A DNA stretch of 64,000 nucleotides from an uncultured Lachnospiraceae bacterium (GTDB lineage: Bacteria > Bacillota > Clostridia > Lachnospirales > Lachnospiraceae): contig CAJUNN010000005.1 of the NCBI GenBank assembly GCA_910587955.1, forward strand, positions 7,268-71,267, read 5' to 3'. The notes below the pieces were generated by a model. The model saw nothing but the letters and a program-made list of their open reading frames with translations, was not told where the DNA came from and ran no database searches. This document shows, piece by piece, positions 19,074 through 30,056 of this stretch (position 1 is its first letter; the number at the start of each line of letters is the position of its first letter). Made by a program: the position numbers and the translations under genes.

Positions 19074-20160
19074 CCGCTTTATACATCTTCTGTATATTGT
19101 GAGCCTGCCGCAGGGCTTTCACTGTACGGTCTGCAAAAGAACTGATTTGATTATCTTTAAGCTCAAAATAACAGTCTGGCCGAAGCAGTTCATTGCTAAT
19201 CAGATCCGTGTTGTGGGATGTAAAAATAATCTGTGCTTCCAGAGAAACTAGCTTCCGGACCACAGCCTCCGCCAATTCATAATGATAAAATGCGTCAAAC
19301 TCGTCAATAAATACGAAAGACATTTCTTTCATCTGCAAATACCACAAAAAGAGGAATGCAAGCGCCCTGGTCCCGCTGGACCACACATCCTGGAAAAGAA
19401 CTGCTTTATTCTTATGAATGCAGTAAAGGTTTTTATCTTCCTCATCCTCTCCCACTGTCAATTTTACGTCAATTCCGAAATCATGAAGAAACTCCTGAAG
19501 CTCCTCCACCGCATCCATCTCCACAAGGTTCTTTCCGATGCTCCCTATCCGGTTACAATATCCCGCATAGCAACTTCCTTCTGCGCTGCTAAACCAAAGC
19601 ATCCGCTCCACAAACTGTACGAACTGCAGAAAAGTCCTGCTGTCCGCATCACTCTTATCCGGCACAGTATTTCTAGCTACATACTTCACCAAGGAAATGG
19701 AACCATCCCACAGCTCCAAATTTAGCTGTTCCGTTCCTTTTAAGCTGACTTTTGCTTCGCATCCCTGATCTGCAGACAGCACTTCCCGGTGATTGATAGT
19801 TATTTTTTCCCTTAATACCTTTTCCGGCTCTTCCTTCTCATAGTAATAAGTCAGAATATTTGAATCAAAGCAAAAGACATATTCAAAGCGGACCAGGCGA
19901 TCGTTTCCGTCCAAATTCATATAATGCCGTCTTTGTTTCAGCACATTATGGGAAGTATCCGTAAGATGAAGCAGTAAATCCATCATTGCATATCCCAAAT
20001 TTGACTTTCCGGACGCATTCTCCCCATATACAATGGCATTTTTCAAAATTCCTCCAGGCACAAGGTTTTCGTGAAATTCGTAATTTTTTACATTGCTCAA
20101 ATCCCAGACAAACTCATCTCGGAAATTTCGGTAATTCTGCACCTTAAACTTTTGCAGCAT
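19054..20160 (-). CDS. ABC-type AAA ATPase (AAA_15/AAA_21-like; AriA/AbiLi/PtuA-like architecture)
   Basis: Walker A GENASGKSN, ABC signature-like SSGTRAL, Walker B FVFIDEFD and H-loop TSHN. The N-terminus MLQKFKVQNYRNF is typical of SMC/RecF-like defence ATPases. The start is set at the ATG at 20158-20160, preceded by GGGGGTGAAAAG. Confidence 0.7.
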   Translation of the reverse strand: MLQKFKVQNYRNFRDEFVWDLSNVKNYEFHENLVPGGILKNAIVYGENASGKSNLGYAMMDLLLHLTDTSHNVLKQRRHYMNLDGNDRLVRFEYVFCFDSNILTYYYEKEEPEKVLREKITINHREVLSADQGCEAKVSLKGTEQLNLELWDGSISLVKYVARNTVPDKSDADSRTFLQFVQFVERMLWFSSAEGSCYAGYCNRIGSIGKNLVEMDAVEELQEFLHDFGIDVKLTVGEDEEDKNLYCIHKNKAVLFQDVWSSGTRALAFLFLWYLQMKEMSFVFIDEFDAFYHYELAEAVVRKLVSLEAQIIFTSHNTDLISNELLRPDCYFELKDNQISSFADRTVKALRQAHNIQKMYKAGAFDEK

Positions 20161-20278
20161 CTTTTCACCCCCTATTTCTTTTAGCATAGCACACCCCATT
20201 CATTTTCTCAATCTATTTTGTGCTTTTCCTACGCTGTCTATGCAATTTTTTTACACTTATGGAGAAATCTTTTTACAA

Positions 20279-20313
20279 CGAGAAACGATGCAGCCATGGC
20301 TACATCGTTTCTA
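20279..20313 (-). terminator. Hairpin downstream of gdhA; probable terminator with a weak U-tract
   Basis: gaaacgatgcagc catg gctacatcgtttc forms a 13-bp stem with one G-U/mismatch. The trailing sequence on the minus strand is TCGTTGTAAAAAG. Confidence 0.4.
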
Positions 20314-20351
20314 CAAAACAACTCCTGTTTTCTTTTCGGAATAACTACTTC

Positions 20352-22293
<1,942 letters not shown>

Positions 22294-22521
22294 AAAAATG
22301 TCTCCTCCTTTTGGGACACGCCCGAAAGCGTCTTCCCGCATGTCTTTCTTCTCTTTAGAATACGGAATTTTTCTTCTTTTATTCTTACTTCTGCCGATAT
22401 AATTATTAGAAGGATACATTTTCCTTTCATTCGGTTGCACGGAGCGGTTTTACCTGCGGGCAAAATTCCCTCCTTACAACATAAAAATCAGGTATCCATG
22501 TACCAGAAAGGAGTTGAAAAC

Positions 22522-23388
22522 ATGTCAATCAGTGCAGTATCCGGTTACAACACCGGAAACGAATACCAGAAATGGGTGGATCAGGCAGCCGCCGACGCGG
22601 AAGCCCTGGAGAACCGTCTGGGTATCAAAACCTCTGAAACCACAGAGAGTTCCAGCACCTCAGAAACCAAGGACAGTACCTCGTCCAGCACAAGTTCGTC
22701 CAGTACCAGCACATCAATCAACCGGAATTCCAGTACTTCTACGTTCCTGCTTACCTACAAGAATTCTCTGACTTCCCTGGAAACCACGGCAGACAAACTT
22801 CGGCTTGGCAACAAAAACAATGTATTTGCCAAATACGAAACTGCCCTCAAAGACCTTTCCCGGGCCAGCACAGACGAAGATAAGGCAAAAGCACAGAAAG
22901 CGGTAGATGCGGCAAAGGACGACATTGTAGCTGCAATCAAAGATTTTGCAGAATCCTACAACAACGCCGTTTCCTTTTTAGAGAGCAATTCCGGCCGTAG
23001 CAATGCGGTAAATTCCCAGCTCGCTTCCCTGAAGCGTGCCCTGACCACCGGGGACGCTATGGCGCGCATTGGCTTAAGCATTGACAAGTCCGGGAAACTG
23101 CAGGTGGATGAGAAGAAGCTGAAACAGACTCTGGACGAGAACTACGCCTCCGTAAAAGATATTATGGGCGGCCAGTTCGGTATTGCAGAACGGGCAGCTA
23201 CCAAAGCCTCCGACATACTGGACAATGCCTCTGTGGAGCGTATTGCCGGCATTTCCGAGTCCGAAGCAGGTTCCGCTTCTGCAGATTCCCTGGATTACTG
23301 GACCATCTTCTCCGGTTTCGCAACCAGCGGGGCATACAACCTCAGCAACTATTATGCAGTAGGTTCTATGCTGAACACTGTCGTATAG
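22522..23388 (+). CDS. Hypothetical protein with a Ser/Thr-rich tract and a FliD (flagellar cap) C-terminal-like segment
   Basis: ATG at 22522, preceded by AAAGGAG. A low-complexity SSSTSETKDSTSSSTSSSSTSTS run is present. GLSIDKSGKLQVDEKKLKQTLDENYASVKDIMGG resembles the conserved FliD segment. Confidence 0.45.
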   Translation: MSISAVSGYNTGNEYQKWVDQAAADAEALENRLGIKTSETTESSSTSETKDSTSSSTSSSSTSTSINRNSSTSTFLLTYKNSLTSLETTADKLRLGNKNNVFAKYETALKDLSRASTDEDKAKAQKAVDAAKDDIVAAIKDFAESYNNAVSFLESNSGRSNAVNSQLASLKRALTTGDAMARIGLSIDKSGKLQVDEKKLKQTLDENYASVKDIMGGQFGIAERAATKASDILDNASVERIAGISESEAGSASADSLDYWTIFSGFATSGAYNLSNYYAVGSMLNTVV

Positions 23389-23418
23389 GGCCTGTTTTAC
23401 GGGACAACCGAAAAGGAT

Positions 23419-23456
23419 CAAAAAGGAGAACGGCTTCCAAACCGTTCTCCTTTTTG
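23419..23456. terminator. Bidirectional rho-independent terminator between convergent genes
   Basis: aaaaaggagaacgg (23420-23433) pairs with ccgttctccttttt (23442-23455). The A-run and T-run flanks allow termination on both strands. Confidence 0.7.
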
Positions 23457-23500
23457 ATGCCTTATGAATTGCCGGCATCACGGCAAATGCAAATTTACGC

Positions 23501-24592
23501 TTACTCCAAAAATTCCGTCATGCAGTAACATTCTTTCCCGTTGTAGTTGATCTTGCTCCAGCCGTCCCCGTAACTCTCAATCTGGGTCACATGCTCACCC
23601 TGATATGCCGTTCCCAGGTTTTCCGCTTCCGTGCTGGGCTGGGCACGCAGACGCACGCTCTCTGTAAAACGGGTCTCCCGGTTCTGGGCGGTAGCCTCTC
23701 CGCCTGTCTCCGGCTCCTCTTCGGGCTCTTCCTCCGGCTGTTCTTCCGCGGGCGGTTCCTCCGGCTGCTCTTCCGGATTCTCCGCAGGCTCTTCTGACGG
23801 AGCCTCCTCTTCCGGTGTTTCCTCGCCGGCCTTTGCGTAGCGCTCTTCCCTTCTTACCAGATCCTCATCCGAAGCCTTTGCGGCCTCATATTTCTCCTTT
23901 ACCTCTGCCCTAAGCTTCTGAACATCTTCTCCTTCAATAACAGACTCCACATAAGCGTTCAGTTCCTCGCCGGCTTCCTGATTGAAAATCACCAGGCTGC
24001 CCTCCTCATTCGTATAAACATACTGGAATTCCAGGCCGGGAGCCGGAGTCTCGATCTGGGCAAACTTCAATTCATAATAAACGAATACCATATAGGAACC
24101 GTCTTCCATTCCCTTCTTGGTATAGCAGGAAATATTCTGATAGCCTTCCACCACGTCCCTGGAAGTAAGGATTTTCTTAATCTCTTCTTCGCTTATCTGA
24201 TCCACAAGTCCGGTCAGGCTGTCCATATCCCCCGCCGCCATAGAATCATAGTACTGCTGAATCAGGGCATTGACCTCCGGATGGGCGTCCTTTTCCAAGG
24301 GGTTCGACTCTTTCAGCAGGTCTCCCGGGTTCACCATGGTAGTTCCCACAGCGCCTCCCTCCTGCTTCTCTGCTTCCGCCGCTTCCTTGGAACCTGTATC
24401 TTCATCTTTCGCTACATCCGCCTTGGTCTCCACATTCTCTTCTTTGTCTTTTCCCGTGAAATTGACAATGGCCGCAACTCCCAGGCAGAGCAGAATACAT
24501 CCCACTGCAATCTGGCGCTTATATTTTACAATCACGCCTCCTACATTGTCCTTGCTGAATAATTCTCTGAACCCATCTATGGAAAATTTCAT
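23501..24592 (-). CDS. Membrane-anchored protein with an acidic Pro/Glu-rich linker and a C-terminal bacterial SH3 domain
   Basis: TM helix IAVGCILLCLGVAAIV, a PEEEAPSEEPAENPEEQPEEPPAEEQPEEEPEEEPE tract, and a C-terminal VRLRAQPSTEAENLGTAYQGEHVTQIESYGDGWSKINYNGKECY that is SH3b-like. Confidence 0.6.
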   Translation of the reverse strand: MKFSIDGFRELFSKDNVGGVIVKYKRQIAVGCILLCLGVAAIVNFTGKDKEENVETKADVAKDEDTGSKEAAEAEKQEGGAVGTTMVNPGDLLKESNPLEKDAHPEVNALIQQYYDSMAAGDMDSLTGLVDQISEEEIKKILTSRDVVEGYQNISCYTKKGMEDGSYMVFVYYELKFAQIETPAPGLEFQYVYTNEEGSLVIFNQEAGEELNAYVESVIEGEDVQKLRAEVKEKYEAAKASDEDLVRREERYAKAGEETPEEEAPSEEPAENPEEQPEEPPAEEQPEEEPEEEPETGGEATAQNRETRFTESVRLRAQPSTEAENLGTAYQGEHVTQIESYGDGWSKINYNGKECYCMTEFLE

Positions 24593-24745
24593 AAGATCCT
24601 CCTGTAATCTTCCTATTAGTCACATCCGCTTAATAATTGTAACATTTTCGTAACAAAATGTATTGTAGCAAACTTACAGGAAAAAGGCAACCGTTAATTG
24701 TGACAAATCTGTGATTTTTTTGCAATTTCCAGCAAGCACCAGCAC

Positions 24746-25654
24746 TTAAGAATGTTCAATTAGGGAAAGCTGTCCGGATTCCGGGGAATAAAGATAGATA
24801 TTGTCTGACAGTATTTCTGTATTGCGCACTTGGGTGGCATTGATATCCCGTACCATTGCCAGCAGCTCCTCTGCCTCCGGAACTGCGGATACGGGAACGG
24901 CAATGACCTCATGAATACTGCTGGGAAGCAGGTAATAGGCCTCCCCCACCCTAGCTTCGCAGGCTTTCAGTATTCCGCCATAGAGAATGCTTGCAGCTCC
25001 CAGGGATTTTCTGGAGTTGGTCAGCACATACATGGGAAGCTCGTCTTCCCCGTCCTCCCCTGCGCCGCCGTTTCCGGGTTCCCAGGACAATTCCCGGAGT
25101 ACTTCCCCCATAGGCCTTAGCTCCGCGGGCAGCAGGCGCCTGGAATTATCCCTGGCATCCCGGTACAATTCACCGCAGGTAATGTGCCACATCTTAAGAT
25201 GGCTGTTTCGGATAAGAACCGTAGCATTTCCCACAGGCGTGTCTGCCAGAAGGCAGTAAAACACAATGGCCAGATCCAGGAACGGAAGATGGGGAATCTT
25301 TTCCAAGAGCTCCCGGTTCTTCTCATAATTGATCAGCTTATACACCACTGTGGGCTGTATTTTCCGGTAGTCCGCGAAAAAATCCACGTCGAAGCGCTCC
25401 ATGAAAGCACAGTCCTCACAGCACTCCAGAATCTGCTGGCAGATACCCGGAAAAGACCGCCCGGCCAAATAATCCTGGTAACAGGAATCCAGGTAAATCA
25501 TAGGGGCCACACGCCTTCCCTGTTTGCGGACAGAAAGCCCCTCCATGCACACGCCGTTGTTTTTCTCCATGAGGGTCATGCTCAATTCTGTTCCGTCAGG
25601 CAGGGCTTCCCGCAAAAAGCCTGTCACGGAACTTTTAAATTCTTGATAATTCAT
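24746..25654 (-). CDS. DUF5688-like protein
   Basis: MNYQEFKSSV..., ...MYVLTN..., and LLPSSIHEVIAVP ... INATQV match my recollection of the DUF5688 family layout. Confidence 0.5.
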   Translation of the reverse strand: MNYQEFKSSVTGFLREALPDGTELSMTLMEKNNGVCMEGLSVRKQGRRVAPMIYLDSCYQDYLAGRSFPGICQQILECCEDCAFMERFDVDFFADYRKIQPTVVYKLINYEKNRELLEKIPHLPFLDLAIVFYCLLADTPVGNATVLIRNSHLKMWHITCGELYRDARDNSRRLLPAELRPMGEVLRELSWEPGNGGAGEDGEDELPMYVLTNSRKSLGAASILYGGILKACEARVGEAYYLLPSSIHEVIAVPVSAVPEAEELLAMVRDINATQVRNTEILSDNIYLYSPESGQLSLIEHS

Positions 25655-25804
25655 TTCTTCATCCTTTCTCTTTCTTATCCTTTTTGGGGATTGCCGCAGC
25701 GAAACGCTGCATTTGAATATTAGACAAATTCAGTATAAAGGAAAAAATTTCCTTTGGCAAGAAGTTTATATTTTTTTAAGAATTTTCTTTTTTTAAGAAA
25801 TGAC

Positions 25805-25833
25805 TTGCACATTTTCCAATTTTGTTGTAGAAT
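25805..25833 (+). promoter_or_regulatory. Sigma-A-type promoter of the tRNA-Arg gene
   Basis: TTGCAC (25805-25810), a 17-nt spacer, then TAGAAT (25828-25833), about 47 nt upstream of the tRNA. Confidence 0.5.
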
Positions 25834-25880
25834 ACTTCATGGTGCAAGGTTTATCTCCTTTCGCGCCGCATACATTTTTT

Positions 25881-25953
25881 GCATCTGTAGCTCAGTGGAT
25901 AGAGCACTGGCCTCCGACGCCAGGTGCCGCTAGTTCGAATCTAGTCAGATGCA
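25881..25953 (+). tRNA. tRNA-Arg (anticodon CCG); CCA not encoded
   Basis: Folded by hand as a cloverleaf: acceptor GCATCTG/CAGATGC, D arm GCTC/GAGC, anticodon stem CTGGC/GCCAG with loop CTCCGAC, and T arm GCTAG-TTCGAAT-CTAGT. Confidence 0.9.
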
Positions 25954-25958
25954 GCTAA

Positions 25959-26007
25959 AGCCCCCGCACAGGAATCCAAATGGTTTCCTGTGCGGGGGCT
26001 GTCGTTT
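25959..26007 (+). terminator. Long hairpin terminator after tRNA-Arg
   Basis: agcccccgcacaggaa (25959-25974) pairs with ttcctgtgcgggggct (25985-26000), followed by gtcgttt, a weak T-tract. Confidence 0.6.
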
Positions 26008-26069
26008 ACAGACATGTTTCAGACGCTTAACCCGCCAAAACCTTTTTGGGAAAGAAGGTATGAAGCACC

Positions 26070-26972
26070 ATGAGGTTTTCTTCCTTTCTATATTTTGCTG
26101 CTTTCGGCATCAAGACAATTCTATTTAAGAAAAAGGCGCCGATTCTCGGCACTGTGATTGTCACGGACAAATGCAATCTCAAATGCAGGCACTGTTCCGT
26201 CAATAACATTACGGCAGTTGTCCACCCCTATAAGCAAATCCGGCAGGAAATGTGCACGCTTTATGATATGGGAGTCCGCATTCTCTTCTTCTGCGGAGGA
26301 GAGACGTTCTTTTGGAGAGACGGAAATTATACCCTGCGGGATTTAGTAATAGAAGCAAAAGAAATGGGCTTCCTCATTGTCAACGTGGTTACAAACGGTA
26401 CGTTCCCTATTGATTTGCCGGAAGCGGATTTGATTCTTCTAAGCCTGGACGGTGACAGAGAGCGCCACAATGCAGTCCGCGGCGATACCTATGATACCAT
26501 CATGGAACATGTCGAAAACGCGTCGTCCGATAATATCTGCTTCTACATGGCCGTCAACCAGATCAACAAGGACGCAGTCCGCGATGTCTGTATCGCCGCC
26601 CGTGATACCAGACACGTGCGGGCCGTATCTTTTAATTTCCACACGCCCTATCCGGACACCAGGAAGCTTGCACTCTCCAGAGCGGAAAAACAGCAGTGCT
26701 GTGAAACCATTCTTAAGATGATAAAAGAGGGCGCACCTGTTTTTAATCTAAAAAGTGCATTCCCGTATGTGGTTGAAAATCGTTTCCCCACACCCTGCTT
26801 CCAATGCGTGGTCATAGAAAACGGAAAAGTTTCTACCTGCGGACGCTGCATAGAAGTGCCCGGACTCTGTGAGGAATGCGGTTATTTCTTTGTGGCCGAA
26901 TACACCCTTTTGTTCCGGGGAAACCTAAAAATCATCCTGGAGATGCTAGGTACCTATCTCAAATATATTTAG
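26070..26972 (+). CDS. Radical SAM enzyme with an N-terminal hydrophobic segment and a Cys-rich C-terminal (SPASM/twitch- or HpnH-like) region
   Basis: CxxxCxxC motif CNLKCRHC, GGE motif FFCGGETFFW, and C-terminal CFQC...CGRC...CEECGYF. GC is about 42-45%. Confidence 0.8.
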   Translation: MRFSSFLYFAAFGIKTILFKKKAPILGTVIVTDKCNLKCRHCSVNNITAVVHPYKQIRQEMCTLYDMGVRILFFCGGETFFWRDGNYTLRDLVIEAKEMGFLIVNVVTNGTFPIDLPEADLILLSLDGDRERHNAVRGDTYDTIMEHVENASSDNICFYMAVNQINKDAVRDVCIAARDTRHVRAVSFNFHTPYPDTRKLALSRAEKQQCCETILKMIKEGAPVFNLKSAFPYVVENRFPTPCFQCVVIENGKVSTCGRCIEVPGLCEECGYFFVAEYTLLFRGNLKIILEMLGTYLKYI

Positions 26973-26979
26973 GAGAAGT

Positions 26980-28233
26980 ATGCGTATTATAACAAACCTG
27001 ACAAGAATGTGGCTGACCCGTTCCCCCAAACCCTTCCGGTTCAAAAATGAGTACGACCAGCCCCTGTCTTTTTCGGACTGCGAAAATTTAGGGCTCTATG
27101 TGCATATCCCTTTTTGTGAAAGTATCTGTAATTTCTGCCCATACTGTAAGGTTCCATACTCCCCGGAGTTATGCAGCCGGTACATAGATGCCCTCCTTCG
27201 GGAAATCCATCTGGCAGGCAGCCGGCAAAAAGGCAGAAAGATTGCGACCAGCCTGTACTTCGGCGGAGGCACTCCGGCTCTTGCCGCCGGACGTCTCAAG
27301 GAAATTATCGACACCGTCCAAACGTACTTTATCCTCACAGACGGGATCGGAATCGAGCTTCATCCGGACAACGTAACCGTTTCCGTTCTGCAGACCTTAA
27401 AAAACGCAGGCGTAACAAAAATCAGTATCGGTATCCAGTCCTTCCAAAAGAAATTCCGGGACGTTTTAAACCGGACCTCGATCCATATCCCTGCTTTAAA
27501 GGAGGCATTATCGGAAATTCCTTTTGAAACGGTTTCCATGGATTTCATTTTTGCCCTGCCGGACCAGACGTTTGCAGATCTGAAGGCAGATATTGACACT
27601 GCTTTCCAAAACGGCGCAAATCATGTGGCAATTTACCCGTTCATTGATTTTACTTTTACCTCAAGCCCGGTCCCGGCCATGTCAAAAAAAGAAAAGCACG
27701 CTTTGCTGGACGCAATAACGGCTTACTGTACAAAAAGGGCGTACATCCGCACTTCTATTTGGACATTTTCCAATGACAAAGAGGCCGGGTATTCTTCCAT
27801 GACCAGGGATACGTTTCTGGGCTTTGGCTGTTCCGCAGCCACCCTTTTGAAAAGACAGTTTAAAATCAACACCTTTTCTATCGAAGCTTACTGTAAACGA
27901 ATTGATGAAGGAAAGCTTCCTACTTCATTGACGACCCGTTTTTCCCTGCGCCAGCGCATGGTTTATTATTTGTTCTGGACTGCATACAGCACCAAAATAA
28001 GTTCCGGGGATTTTGAGAAATTCTTCGGCGTACCGTTAAAAAGAATGTATGGACTGGAATTGCAAATAGCAAAACTGCTGGGTTTTATTACAGAAAAAGA
28101 CGGGGAATACCGCCTGACGCCCAAAGGTGCCTTTTACTTCCACTACTACGAAAACTTCTATACGCTTTCGTATATTGACAAAATGTGGTCAATCATGAGA
28201 AAAGAAGCGTTTCCGCAGAAAATAGAGCTATAA
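26980..28233 (+). CDS. HemN-like (class C-type) radical SAM enzyme
   Basis: LYVHIPFCESICNFCPYC, GGGTP, and a HemN_C-like C-terminus. It is translationally coupled to the preceding rSAM gene: the stop TAG lies inside the SD AGGAGAAG, 7 nt before the ATG. Confidence 0.8.
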   Translation: MRIITNLTRMWLTRSPKPFRFKNEYDQPLSFSDCENLGLYVHIPFCESICNFCPYCKVPYSPELCSRYIDALLREIHLAGSRQKGRKIATSLYFGGGTPALAAGRLKEIIDTVQTYFILTDGIGIELHPDNVTVSVLQTLKNAGVTKISIGIQSFQKKFRDVLNRTSIHIPALKEALSEIPFETVSMDFIFALPDQTFADLKADIDTAFQNGANHVAIYPFIDFTFTSSPVPAMSKKEKHALLDAITAYCTKRAYIRTSIWTFSNDKEAGYSSMTRDTFLGFGCSAATLLKRQFKINTFSIEAYCKRIDEGKLPTSLTTRFSLRQRMVYYLFWTAYSTKISSGDFEKFFGVPLKRMYGLELQIAKLLGFITEKDGEYRLTPKGAFYFHYYENFYTLSYIDKMWSIMRKEAFPQKIEL

Positions 28234-28279
28234 AAACAGGGCTGCCCGCCCCGCGGTCCAGCCCTTATGTCTCTTTCCC

Positions 28280-28837
28280 TTATACTCTGGAGAGATACTC
28301 TCCGGAACGGGTGTCAATCTTAATTTTGTCTCCCTGCTCCACAAACAGAGGCACATATACGGTCGCTCCCGTCTCCACAACGGCAGGCTTGGTAGCTCCG
28401 GTAGCCGTATCCCCTTTGAAGCCCGGCTCCGTGTCGGTGATCTCCAGCTCCACAAAGAGAGGCGGCTCTACGGCAAACACATTGCCGTTGTAAGAGCAAA
28501 CCTTGCACATCTCGTTCTCTTTTACAAACTTCAGGGCGTCGCCGATGTCGTCGGAGTTCAAAGCGATCTGATCGTAGGTCTCTGTATTCATAAAGTGGAA
28601 CAAATCTCCGTCGGAATACAGATACTGCATATCCACCCGGTCAATCCGCGCTGCCGGAAACTTCTCCGTGGGGCGGAAGGTCTTCTCAACCACACCTCCG
28701 TTGATGATGTTTTTCAACTTGGTTCTAACAAAAGCAGCACCCTTGCCCGGTTTTACGTGCTGAAACTCCATGATCTGATAAACATTGCCCTCGATCTCGA
28801 GCGTAATTCCGTTTCTAAAATCTCCTGCTGAAATCAT
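28280..28837 (-). CDS. efp: Elongation factor P
   Basis: 185 aa with the EF-P hallmark [21 protein letters not shown]. Confidence 0.95.
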   Translation of the reverse strand: MISAGDFRNGITLEIEGNVYQIMEFQHVKPGKGAAFVRTKLKNIINGGVVEKTFRPTEKFPAARIDRVDMQYLYSDGDLFHFMNTETYDQIALNSDDIGDALKFVKENEMCKVCSYNGNVFAVEPPLFVELEITDTEPGFKGDTATGATKPAVVETGATVYVPLFVEQGDKIKIDTRSGEYLSRV

Positions 28838-28980
28838 TCTTAACTTTTCCTCCTACTGTCCTGGCGCAGTTTTCCCTGCACCGTGCAAATTATATGCTCT
28901 ATTCTATAATAAATTTCTCTGCTTTTCAAGCATTTTGTCTCCGGCTTGTCAAAATTGCCGCTTCCCGCCTGTACACTTGC

Positions 28981-30054
28981 TCAAAGCTCCAGCAATTCCT
29001 TGACGGAAGAAGTCAGGTTCCGGCAGCCTGTCTCCGTTACCACCACCATGTCCTCAATGCGCACGCCGCCCACGCCGGGCACGTAAATCCCAGGCTCCAC
29101 GGTCACAATCATCCCGGGCTTCAAAACTGTTTCGTCCCGCGGGGAGAGCGCCGGGCGCTCGTGAATCTCCAATCCCACACTGTGTCCCAGGCCGTGTCCG
29201 AAATAAGCTCCGTAGCCGGCCTTCTCGATGACGCTTCTGGCCGTCCTGTCTGCCTCCGCTCCGGTCATTCCCGCCCGCAGCTTAAAAAGAGCCGTCTGCT
29301 GGGCTTCCAGAACAATCCGGTACAGCTCCTTCTGCCGTTCCCCCGCCCTGCCGATTACCACCGTTCGGGTCATATCCGAGCAGTACCCGTGATACCTGCA
29401 TCCGAAATCCAGGGTAACAAGCTCTCCCGGCTCAAGTCTTTTCTCTGTAGGTACTGCGTGAGGCATGGCTGAATGGAGGCCGGAAGCCACAATGGTATCA
29501 AAGCTCTTATCTTCCGCCCCCTGAGAGCGCATAAAATATTCCAGGCGGGCCGCCGTCTCAAGCTCCGTCACCCCAGGAGCCAGCTGTCCCAGAATATAGG
29601 AAAAAGCCGCATCCCCAATCTGCTCGGCCTTAGCCAGCAGTTCTATCTCCTCTTCGCTTTTCTGCACCCGCAGCATAGACAGGGCATCTCCCAGGGGAAT
29701 CCAACGTTCCTCCGAAATTCCGGCCTCTTCCTGGAGCTTGCGCACGGTCCGGTAAAGCATAGACCCGTCCTCAAAGCCAAGCCTTCCCACGCCGTCCTCT
29801 CTAAGAAGTTCTTTAAGCAGCTGTCCGTATCCCCGCTTTCCGGCAATGGAGCGGACCTCAAGGCCTCCGCTCTCCTCCTCTGCCTGCAGGGTATAGCGGC
29901 TGTCCGTCAGGATAACCCCATGCTTCCCGGAAAGGTACAGGTAACTCTCCGTTCCGGCAAACCCGCAGAGATAGCGGATATTGGCCGGAGATGATACTAG
30001 TACCGCATCTACATCTTTACTTTGCTGAATTTCTTTCCATCGTTCTAACCGCAT
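28981..30054 (-). CDS. pepP: Xaa-Pro aminopeptidase/dipeptidase (M24B family)
   Basis: Metal-ligand motifs HGLGHSVGLEIHE and TVEPGIY..GVGGVRIED. The pepP-efp neighbourhood is conserved in Firmicutes. Confidence 0.88.
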   Translation of the reverse strand: MRLERWKEIQQSKDVDAVLVSSPANIRYLCGFAGTESYLYLSGKHGVILTDSRYTLQAEEESGGLEVRSIAGKRGYGQLLKELLREDGVGRLGFEDGSMLYRTVRKLQEEAGISEERWIPLGDALSMLRVQKSEEEIELLAKAEQIGDAAFSYILGQLAPGVTELETAARLEYFMRSQGAEDKSFDTIVASGLHSAMPHAVPTEKRLEPGELVTLDFGCRYHGYCSDMTRTVVIGRAGERQKELYRIVLEAQQTALFKLRAGMTGAEADRTARSVIEKAGYGAYFGHGLGHSVGLEIHERPALSPRDETVLKPGMIVTVEPGIYVPGVGGVRIEDMVVVTETGCRNLTSSVKELLEL

Positions 30055-30056
30055 GA

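Noticed and set aside
26060-26128. 22-codon ORF (MKHHEVFFLSIFCCFRHQDNSI) as a possible precursor peptide for the rSAM enzymes
   Set aside because: The ATG directly abuts the GAAGG motif, leaving no spacer. The ORF overlaps the better-supported rSAM start at 26070 in another frame, so it is probably spurious.
25655-28279. Integrated prophage or ICE at tRNA-Arg
   Set aside because: No integrase, recombinase, att-like direct repeat of the tRNA 3' end or phage genes were found. Only the two rSAM genes lie between the tRNA and efp.
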